DNA of 64,000 nucleotides, from NCBI GenBank assembly GCA_000320545.1, contig ADNK01001159.1, positions 1-64,000 of the forward strand. The letters run 5' to 3'. Shown piece after piece: positions 54,266 to 64,000 of the stretch. The position numbers and the translations under genes were made by a program. This stretch comes from Bigelowiella natans CCMP2755. Lineage: Eukaryota; Protista; Cercozoa. How positions within the stretch are numbered: position 1 is the stretch's first letter; each line of letters starts with the position of its first letter. The notes below the pieces were generated by a model. The model searched no databases and was not told the DNA's origin. It saw only the letters and a program-made list of their open reading frames with translations.

Positions 54266-55975
54266 TCACATAAATTCATTACCAATATTTTGACGAGCTG
54301 TCCTTCGATTCTCCTTCCGATATCGCTTGCTCTTCAGCTTAAATTCAGTTCTTTTTCCTTTCGCAGAATCTTTAGCTTTTTCTATGGCTTCGCCAGCAGT
54401 CCGAAATTTGCCTTTTTTCTTCATTATTTCCTCCTCCTCTTCCAGCTCCTCTAGCAGGGCCAAGTATTGATCATACCTCTCCCAATCTTTCCCAACGCTA
54501 CAGCCTGGCTCATCAATATGCTTGCAATCGCTAAATTTGCACGGTAATTTTTCAACAACAGATGATATTTCCGGGAAACAAGCAGCCAGGTCAGTGGACC
54601 GCACTTCAGACAGTGTTGCTTTTGAGAATCCTGGTGTATCCGCGAGCAACCCGCTGCCACTACCATCACTTTTTCCATCATCATCTTCGTCCTTCTGGGA
54701 GGGTAGACGAACCAAAGACACTGTCCGAGTAGTTTGCTTCCCAGATCCTGACCTTGCCGAAACCGATTGTACCGATTGGAGTTGGGAGTTTTTTACTAGG
54801 TCATCCGCATCACGTCCTCTAGCACGTCCTCTTCCTCCCTTTCCCAACACATCTCTGCTAACGTCAACAGGGGAGGAAGTGGAGCCATCATAACGAAATC
54901 CATCTGTAAGCATCCAGTTAATTATACTTGACTTTCCAACTCCACTCGGACCGCATAGCACGGTTACCTTCCCTCTTAGTTCATTTCTTAGATCATCCAA
55001 GCCTTCGCCATTTTTCACGCTTACGAGAAAAGCTTTGTGGCCCCATGCTTTAATTCGATCCTCCCAGTCCAATCTAGTTGCTTCGTCAACCGTCTCACAC
55101 TTGTTCATGACGATTAGAAATGGAATTCCGGCTTTCGAAAGAGAAACTGTGAATCGTGTCATGAGTTCTACACTGGGATCTGGAGTTTGCATCGCAAATA
55201 CCAGGAGTGCCAAATCTGCATTTGCTACTTTCGGTTCCATCAATTCAATTTTTCGTTCAGATACCCCCACGACCATTCCGCTGTTTTGGATCCAATCAAT
55301 GGTTGAGATTTCTACTTGATCCCCCACCATTATCTTCACTTTTGCCTTTTTTAACACCTTTCTAATAACACACTGTAGTTCCATAGTCCCGCATTTTGGA
55401 GAATTAAGCGCGGCTTCATGCATAGCAGCATCTTCGAGCTCACCTGCTTTTTCTGCGACAGCTTTTGCGGCTTGAAGTTGCTCCCGCCGCAGATCCCACA
55501 AATGCTGTGGTAAATCCCTAACATTCACTAGTACTCTCAGTACTTCCGAGTAAGAGGTCGTGACTTGACCGCAAGCAACCGTATCGGTAGGTGACTCAAC
55601 ATTTTGCTCATGATAACTTCTTTTGCATTGAGTGCTACACAGACGGTGATTTGTCCAGTAGTTCTCACGCTTCGATGTTCTTTTCCAACCTGCAGGATAG
55701 AAGGGGTGAACATCAAAGCAGAGTTTATTTTTGTTAAAATTACGATCTTGTTCCGAACGGATGAGTCTTGGCATCTGGTGTTCTTTAACAGGCGAAAAAT
55801 TAGAATTGACATTTCTGGACGCTCTGGACATGCAATGCCGTTGAACACGCGGTGCTAGAAGTCGGTGTTTAAGTTGGTAAACGTTGGAGGAGGAGGAGAA
55901 GGAGGGGACCAGGGCGATAAGAACAGCAACCAACATAACTCCTAGTCTTAAAGCTATCCTCCTTCTTATATCCAT
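54266..55975 (-). CDS. rsgA: Plastid-type ribosome small-subunit biogenesis GTPase RsgA with a bipartite targeting leader, intronless
   Basis: Circularly permuted G motifs NKCE, VSVKNGEG, GPSGVGKSS, GKQTTR, DTPGF; zinc finger CKFSDCKHIDEPGC; signal peptide RLGVMLVAVLIALVPSFS followed by a Ser/Arg-rich transit-like region. Confidence 0.95.
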   Translation of the reverse strand: MDIRRRIALRLGVMLVAVLIALVPSFSSSSNVYQLKHRLLAPRVQRHCMSRASRNVNSNFSPVKEHQMPRLIRSEQDRNFNKNKLCFDVHPFYPAGWKRTSKRENYWTNHRLCSTQCKRSYHEQNVESPTDTVACGQVTTSYSEVLRVLVNVRDLPQHLWDLRREQLQAAKAVAEKAGELEDAAMHEAALNSPKCGTMELQCVIRKVLKKAKVKIMVGDQVEISTIDWIQNSGMVVGVSERKIELMEPKVANADLALLVFAMQTPDPSVELMTRFTVSLSKAGIPFLIVMNKCETVDEATRLDWEDRIKAWGHKAFLVSVKNGEGLDDLRNELRGKVTVLCGPSGVGKSSIINWMLTDGFRYDGSTSSPVDVSRDVLGKGGRGRARGRDADDLVKNSQLQSVQSVSARSGSGKQTTRTVSLVRLPSQKDEDDDGKSDGSGSGLLADTPGFSKATLSEVRSTDLAACFPEISSVVEKLPCKFSDCKHIDEPGCSVGKDWERYDQYLALLEELEEEEEIMKKKGKFRTAGEAIEKAKDSAKGKRTEFKLKSKRYRKENRRTARQNIGNEFM

Positions 55976-56720
55976 TTGGGTTGGATATGAGCGAAACGAG
56001 GCTCAACGATGAACACGATGGGAGGACTCTGTGTGTGGCAATGGGGGCATGAGCGTTGTGCGAGCCAATCAATGAAAATCGTCTGATATGTTAGTCGCAG
56101 GTGTTTATTTGGCCTGCCTTTTAAGAATATGACTCAGAAGAAGAATAGGAAGAGCTAGATTGCTTCTTCTTTTGCACTTCAGCAAAGAATTACATGTAGG
56201 AGCTTGTGGCAAATCCCGGTATTGCCAGAAGCACCGGTCATTGTCTCGAGGAATTTTTGGCTGTTGTATCAGGTAGATCTATCAGGTGACGTGGACAAAC
56301 CCTACCTCATAAATGAATACCGCGTTAATTCTATAATCGGTACAAAAATGGAGGACAATTTACTCAAATAAATAGGTCCCTACTTGCAAAGAAGGGTCGA
56401 AAAGCCCTTCGAATTCGAAGATCAGGGCATTCGCATATTTTCAACACAATGTTTTGAAAATGTAGATATGAAAACAGGCGACGAAAATCCATTTCGCTTA
56501 GTTAGAAATGTAGTATGGTTATGTTTGTGGCCATTTTGTCAGAATGTGGAACAGTTTTTTCTTGATTTATGCTGACAACCAGATCACAAATCTCAAAAAG
56601 AACGTACCACAAAGGCCACCCCCCTACACGCTGACTAATCACCTGTCATGCTTAAACCCTCGCTGCATTCTAATACTGTGTGTCCAGACGATTTAAAAAA
56701 TTTCTACTCGTATCAGGAAA

Positions 56721-57880
56721 ATGGGAGAGGTATCTGGAGAATTTAAGCTCAGCGAAGATCGTCCTCGCAAGGATCGCATTTTCCTTTTTGATGTGGATGG
56801 AACCCTGACCATCCCCCGCGGAGAAATCGATGAGGAGATGAAGGTAAATTGAGATATTTAACCTTAGTTTCACTTTTTTTAAAACTATTTGAGACAATTT
56901 CGTTGTCTTCATCCCTGAGTACAGCAGAAAGATAAGATGTGTTCTGTGTCAGACCTTCATGGAGGACCTTCGCAGTAAGGCCTACGTTGGTGTCGTGGGC
57001 GGATCTGACCTATCGAAACAGCTGGAACAACTGGGAAATAACTGTGTGAACGAATTCGACTACTTCTTTACGCAAAATGGACTTGTTTCCTTCAAAAAGG
57101 GGAAAGCCTTGTCATCCACAAGCATGGCTCAATTTCTAGGGGAGGAAAAGCTGCAGAAGCTCATCAATTTTATTCTGGGGTAGTTTAACAACCCATATGC
57201 AAAGTATTTTAGAGTATCGTTTTTAGCGTAGTCAAAAATTTATTCTTAACGCAGGTATCTCTCCAAGATCGAGCTACCATGCAAGCGCGGAACTTTCATC
57301 GAATTCCGTACCGGAATGCTCAATGTGTCCCCAATTGGACGTGCTTGTTCTCGACCAGAACGAAACGCATTCGAAGAGTACGACCTGAAGACCGGGGTAT
57401 TTTATGTGCCATTCGATAATTACTTGCACCCTAGCTAGAAAATGCAACAAGTGACTCACCTTACCACCACCACTCCACACAGGTTCGCAAGACGATGGTT
57501 GAAGCTCTTAAGAAAGAATTTGCTGATTACAAATTGACTTATTCCATTGGAGGACAAATATCTTTCGATGTGTTCCCAGAGGGTTGGGATAAGACCTACT
57601 GTCTACCTACCTTGGAGAAGGTTCGTACCTTATGTAATATTACTCGTGTTTCTTGCCTCCTTCCCAACAATTGATTCCCTGCGATTGATTTTATTTACAT
57701 TGATATATCTTTTCATTAATGTCGCAGGATGGGTTCAAAGAAATTCATTTCTTTGGAGATAAAACCTACGAGGGTGGAAACGATTTTGAAATTTTCACTG
57801 ACAAAAGGACTGTCGGGCACTCGGTCAAAAGCCCAGCGGACACAAGGAAACAAATCACTGAAATATTTGCAAAGAAGTAG
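56721..57880 (+). CDS. PMM: Eukaryotic phosphomannomutase (HAD-IIB), 5 exons
   Basis: [10 protein letters not shown]; [17 protein letters not shown]; [20 protein letters not shown]; [21 protein letters not shown]; [19 protein letters not shown]. Confidence 0.97.
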
Positions 57881-57999
57881 ATATCTTGACATGTTTTGGA
57901 AGTGCGACCATGTATCACATTGAAGAGCATGGATTATCAATTGGCATTCACATCGTAACGCATTACACCTTTACCGGACAGCCTAGTGAAAACTTTGCA

Positions 58000-58703
58000 C
58001 ATGCTACATAATGTCACCGCTATCACGGGTAATAGGTCGTCACAGCGCATGCCAGGGCGTGTACGTACCAATGACCACTTTTTTTACTCAAAATATATGC
58101 ACATATGCTCTAGCGATGCCTGTATGCTAGCATGACAGTATAGCAAGCTGCTGATTAGCATTTCAATCTTATTGCGATGTACTTACATACATCGTGAACC
58201 CCATGAAGCTCTACTATACTAGTCTAGCCTATATAGACATATATGTGAGACGGATATAAGGAAGTAATTAAATCTTTATAGATCTTTTCAATGGCCATCC
58301 TAATGTAGTTATGCAAAGCCACGGCTACGTACATACAGAGCTCATGTTGTGCATGTTATTTGTCTCCGCTATCGCTGCGTATTTCATGCATTTATACATC
58401 GTACTAGCATTTTTTGAAAGCATAATCTGTGTTATTGTCCTATCGTCGATGTCTCGATCGCAGTGCGCGCACGCAGCGCCAGAGCGGTCATACGTATGTC
58501 TATTGTGGTCCGTGCTTCTTTTTCAGCTTATTCAGTCGGTAGTTTCGTCTCGCTGTTTTGATTCGTTATATCGTTATGACGATCTAGCGATGGCATTCAA
58601 TTGGTTCAGTGATCTGCGTTAGATGAGCTGTTGATATGATGTTCGTACGCTACTACAGACATGTCTAGATGTGTGTTACACTACTTCGCATACTAGAGAC
58701 ACA

Positions 58704-58745
<42 letters not shown>

Positions 58746-59420
58746 CATAGCATACGTATGTCTATTGTGCATGGTGCGGTCTAGCGATGTGTGCATCCAG
58801 AGCTAGACAGCCACGCACTTATATCGCGAACACAAATCGATTTGCCTTTCCATTGAATCGTCGCCAATCCAGCACTTTTCTTTGCAACTGTAGGCTGTCT
58901 TTGCACTGTGGCTGTCGTCTTGACAAACAACTACACTAGTACACTGTGCTAGTGGGTTCATTAGGATGACCATTGTGGAAAAAGTCCATCAATCATTGCA
59001 TCCGACTCACAAACTTTGCATGCCTGCTAGCCTGCTAGCCTGCTAAATGACAACGTCGATGCTTCGAATACTAACTCTAGAGCTGTAATCACATGATCTG
59101 GGTTGCAATTCAAGCTGCAAACAAAGTGCATTAAAACTACTCTCTAGCTCTGTCGTATCGTACGCCAGTTCATTGCTGCAATGCTGCAATCGTACATCAT
59201 CTGCTGGCGGTGCTCATGACACCTAGATAAGTATGATGCCTAAAATGCGTTGCCCTAACCTCGCTAGCTGCACGACGAGGCAAACAATTTCTGGGTATAC
59301 AGTATACACATCGCAGCTACGAAGAAGCGATGCTAGTATAAATCATCCGTCTCGCATCGCAGCTGCGAAGAAGCTATGCTAGTGTTTAACACTACACATG
59401 AGGCTAGCCATTTATGCATG
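58000..59420. other. CTAG/CATG-enriched domain between convergent genes, with local duplications
   Basis: tgctagcctgctagcctgcta at about 59025-59045; duplicated 30-mer at 59309/59355; catacgtatgtctattgtg at about 58490 and 58751. Confidence 0.7.
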
Positions 59421-59775
59421 ATCCATACATGAATTCGAAAGTTGTTTATTCGACTTTGTATCCATGATTTTTTAAAAAAGAAAATAACCTTATTTACATA
59501 CTTCATGAACAAATTACAAGTAGCAATTTACGTAAATGCGGATGTAAAAAGTTGACCAGCTCTATATTTTTCTAACTCATACTACATTCGTTGTTTAAGC
59601 ATTGTTCTAGATATGCAAAAAAAGTATAATAATAATAAAAACATAGCCTTACCTATTGTTGCATTTCTTCTTACCCATGAAAAATATAGATTAATAGTGA
59701 CCGATTTTACGACAGATAGGCCTGTTTTCTGACGCATTTATTCCCAAATTTGTAGTATCATTAGCAGAATCGCCT

Positions 59776-62481
59776 TCATCTACCTCTGTCTTCCTCTTTT
59801 GTTTTGCCGAACGGTAGCCGATGCTTTAACATCAGCAACGTGGCCGGTAAAATATATGCTCTCTTATTTTTCTTGCCTTTTGATTCTTCGTCGCTGTCGC
59901 GGCTGCGGTGAGCAGCAGACTTATTGTTTTCAGAGGATGATGATAAAGATGATGATAGTGATGATGTTGATGATGATGAAGTCGTCGAGGATGGGGAAGA
60001 TGGTGGTGGCAGTTGTGGTGAGCTGTCAGCCTCTTGATTTTGGTGAACACCATCCAAAGTTGTGCTCATTGAAGAACTTAGAGAGGAAGTGGAGACTAAG
60101 TTTGTTTCATCTTCCCTTTCTGGTTTGCCTTCTTCCTCCTCTAGAAGGGCCTCTTTGAGGCGATCAACCAGCTCTGCTTTGAGCCCGTATCTTTTTAGTC
60201 CTCTTGAAGTAAGTTCCTCCCTTAGTTCCCCATATGTGAGAGATTCAAGAGGGCTTGATGATGTCACTTTTACCTTTACAGTACTTGGTATTTTTCTTGG
60301 TCTACCTCTTTTTCTTTTTGGAAGGAGTGGAGTGTCAGTAGTAACACCACCATCTTCTTCTTCACTAGCATGTGTGGAGGAGGAGGCAGCAGTTTCCGTT
60401 GTAGTATTTTCAGTCGACGTTGTTGATGATTTTGTAGGTCTTCCCCTCTTTCTCTTTGGTGCCGTGTCATCAACTATTGGAACCACCTCAGCGTCCATGG
60501 CTTTAAAGGACAGTGGTAAGGTGGTGGTAGCTTTTATCGTCGTAGACTTTTTTGGCCTTCCTCTTTTCCTATTCGGTTGCTGATCCATATTTGTTGTTAG
60601 CGATGTCTGAGAGTCATCTATAAGGAGAGAAACAATCTGAGATGTTGGTTTTTTCGGTCTCCCCCTCCCTTTCTTCTTCCCTGGTGGTAGTTTTATCGCC
60701 GCAATTGCCAAAGATATAGCGAGAGGAGATGGCAATGAAGGATGATGGCTATGAACATCACCCATGCCCAGCCTGTAAATTGATACCAACACCTAGAACA
60801 ATGCACATTTTCACATCCATCCCTCAGAACTCATTTGGTGTTAAATAATACCACACATCGTCATGGTTAGATCATGTAGCATTTCGACAGAAGTTTACCG
60901 GGGCTGCTTTAAATTGAAGTAGTTGAAGATCGCTTGGATGGTTATCCTTCTTTGAAATGGTAGAGTCGGTGGTGGTGGTGGTCGTGGTCGTGGTCGAGAG
61001 GACGGTGCCGGTGATATCGGTGGAGGTGGTAGTGCCAGTGGTTGTGGCGGTGGTAGTAGTGGTTGTACTTTTACTATTACTGTCTCTACTATTACTACCA
61101 TTGATAGTGTTGATGAGATTGGTGGGAGTTTTAGCGGCAGGACGACTATCTATCGATCTTGTCGAATCGGTGGTGAATTTCATGACAGCAGCATCAATAT
61201 CTGGAGGAGCATTGTCATCTACAAGTGCAATATTTGTGTTTACATTATCATCAATATAGTCTGCAGCGGGACTTGTTGCATGTTTATGGATAATTGCAGC
61301 CACCAATACCTATGTAGGAATATATCAAAGTTGGAACCAAGAACACTCATCTGGGAAACGTATGCTTGAAATAATCCAATTGTTCTCTCTATCTCTCTCT
61401 CTTGCAAAGGAACACATCGGAACACATCCAACAGAGAAATAAAAGAAGAGTGATGCGAAATTTAAACGTGTTGCCAATTCTGTTCAAGATAAGACCACAT
61501 GAGAAGAAATTCACCGACGGCTATCAATAAAATTAGCTAAAGCACTTACTGGAAAAGCGAGATGTTGAAGCGCCTTAGGTATCTTCGAGGAATAGTAAAT
61601 GTGTCGATTTTCTTTTGTGGCCTTTGGTACTTCTGTGTGGTATATTTCGGATCTTCGATCTATTTTCGAATCACCAATATCATCATTGCTCGAAAATGGA
61701 ATTATGGTAATCTTCGACTCGCCATGATCACGATGATCATAATAATCATAATTGCGGGAATTTATTGAATCTTGTTGCTTACGAAGAAGATCTTCTGTTG
61801 GTGGCTCTACAACTGAGATTACAGCTGCAGGTGGCGCCAATGTTGTTCGTTGGGTTTGAACATTTCTTGTCGCAGATGCAAGCATACTTGCCACGTGATT
61901 CAGCCGTGCTAGCATTGCGATTCCAAGGTCAGTATTAAATGCTCCTCCCAACGGAACTGCATGACTCTGTGCACATTTTTAGTTCATAATAAGTACAAAA
62001 CGATCGATAATATAAATATATTTTCGACGACACCACTTACATCTTGATCCGGATGTAGCACATTACTTCTTGATCCATGCTTTCGGAAGTTATTTTTCCT
62101 ACTGTCGTCGTTGTCTTGCCTCAGTGGGATATCTCTCGATTGCCATCGCTCGCCTTGGTCACGAAACATCATTCTGCTCGATTTGCACCTTGTGAAACGT
62201 TGGCACTGAGGCCCATATTGAGTAATTAGTCATTTGGAGTTCAGAACCGGTCTAGTTACGAGTTGTTCGAAAATAACTGTTGACAATTGTTGAGATAAAC
62301 AAACCATGTGTGTCTCCGCAAAACTCTTTCGCGAAGCTGGGACACTTGAGATGTCGCTTCTGCCACCAGTGTGCACCTCCCGTACAACACCTCGACTGAG
62401 AACAGTCGCCGCTTCCGATAGCTGCCCCCCACATTCACAACCTAGGTAAACCAAGGCTACGACGAACCACTTTCGCCACAT
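59776..62481 (-). CDS. AT-hook (x4) plus SAP-domain DNA-binding protein with an N-terminal signal-peptide-like leader, about 6 exons
   Basis: GRGRPKK, KRGRPKK, KRGRPTK, KRGRPRK; SAP domain LESLTYGELREELTSRGLKRYGLKAELVDRLKEAL; most upstream exons join in frame via GT-AG to MWRKWFVVALVYLGCECG (junctions at about 61320-61550 are less certain). Confidence 0.8.
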
Positions 62482-63082
62482 CAGCGACTTGCTGCTGGAA
62501 ACGTAAGCAACTTCAAATCCTCGTCGAAGAAGATTGTTCGGAGTGATGACTTGTGAGTATGGAGAGGGGAGTGGGTATCTTTCTCTCCCCGACAGCTCTT
62601 CTGCTGCTACGACAATCGTCACTCATATCCGATCAAAGGGGAATACCTACATGCGACAACCAAATCCTAGGCAAGCGGCACATATTTCCAGAAAAACCAA
62701 ATGTACAGCTACTGGAAAAACCGCTTCTCGTTTGTGTACGTGGTCTTTGCATGTCCTGCTTACGTCTTTCGTTTTCATGTCGCAACTTGCCAAACCACGG
62801 ATAAAACGAACTGAAATATTGCCAGAAGATAGAGTATGCACAACCATTCGAACTCGAACGAAATTTACCGTAGTTCGTTCGATGTGCGTTCCTGAGGGTA
62901 GTCGTAAGAAAGAAAACGACCTACCCTTTGTGTTTAGGGGTTGTCGCAGGTATGAAAACGGTCTAGCCGTGTGATGTCTCGTGTGTCCCGAGATGAAGTA
63001 ACTTCATTCCGAACGATCTCACGATCACTATGAGGGCTACTCGAAAGCTTTTGTTTGAAGGTTGGCAATGAAACATCATAGG

Positions 63083-64000
63083 ATGGAGTTCCATCGAAGC
63101 AATTTCAACGGATGTGTGTCGTTTTCATTGTTTAATTAGGCAAGCGCGCCGTCATTACCGGAGCAGGTTGACCACATAAAATGTGCAAACCAAGGGAAGA
63201 ATTTCTTGGATGAACTTAAACAACGTAGGTAAAGGAATAGGGCGAGGAATTGTTGACGAACTTGCAAAACGCGGAGCAAAGGCAAGATTATCACCGTTCG
63301 TCCCGTTTGAACCAATTATTTGATGCAACTCTTCGATGATAATGCATTTATTCCGACCAGTGCGAAATTATTAACTAATTGGATGCAGATTTATGCTGTA
63401 TCCCGTGGTAAAGATGACCTGGACGCCATCAAATCGGAATATCCTGAATGTAATATATTTTTCTGCTCGGTTGTTGTCTTGATAGCGAATAAGGCTGATC
63501 TGGTGATGCTGATATATTGCAGCTGAAGTGTTCACGTGTGACCTAGCACAACCAGACATGGTAAGAAGAAGAGGGCAAGAAGAGAAAAGGCATAGTGTGT
63601 AGGCGGGCAAAAGAAGTGACGAGTCTCATCTTGCCAGAACCACCACACAGTAATATGCAGATAACTAAACGAGAGTAATCGACCACAACTAGGTAAAATC
63701 GGTCTTACAGGAGATTCCGGCCCCACACATGGTAACTTGATCAACACGGAGAAAGAAAGAAAATTTAAACATCTGACATGAGTGCCAAGTATCAATCGAA
63801 GAATCGGAATTGTATATTCCTCCCTCTCTCACTCTCTCTCTCTCTCTGACAGAAGCAAGCACACAATCGCAAACATACTTCGAAGCGAGAGGGGGAGAGA
63901 AAAAGAGAGAGAGAAGAAGGAGAAGATGAAAAAAATGAAAAAAATAGAAGAAGTAGAAGAAGATACGAATATTTAGCGCGTTAGTTACCTTAATAATACA
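63083..64000 (+). CDS. Short-chain dehydrogenase/reductase, L-xylulose reductase (DCXR)-like; partial
   Basis: KRAVITGA|GKGIGRGIVDELAKRGAK|IYAVSRGKDDLDAIKSEYPE|..EVFTCDLA: TGxxxGIG Rossmann motif. Confidence 0.85.

Overview
Eukaryotic nuclear DNA that is intron-rich and loaded with microsatellites. A plastid-type RsgA with a bipartite signal+transit leader points to an alga with a secondary green plastid, probably a chlorarachniophyte such as Bigelowiella (inference). Most six-frame ORFs are spurious; the real genes are spliced and were assembled by eye. About 17 genes: TMCO4/DUF726-like, USP39/SAD1, RPC11/POLR3K, a CX5R phosphatase, a 2OG-Fe(II) dioxygenase, a divergent intronless histone H4/H2A.X pair with 3' stem-loops, a GINT1-like beta-propeller protein, lipase maturation factor, a possible SDE2-like gene, SPF45, NOC4, an F-BAR/RhoGAP, plastid RsgA, phosphomannomutase, an AT-hook+SAP protein with a signal peptide, and a DCXR-like SDR. 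The most striking signal is non-genic. Intergenic DNA downstream of gene 3' ends forms domains in which TpA is almost absent (about 650 bp with none) except in CTA/TAG and above all CTAG contexts, with CA/TG excess and CpG retained. This looks like a context-specific A>G hypermutation system, a kind of reverse RIP, and it is not seen in divergent promoters. All counts and exon boundaries were read manually.
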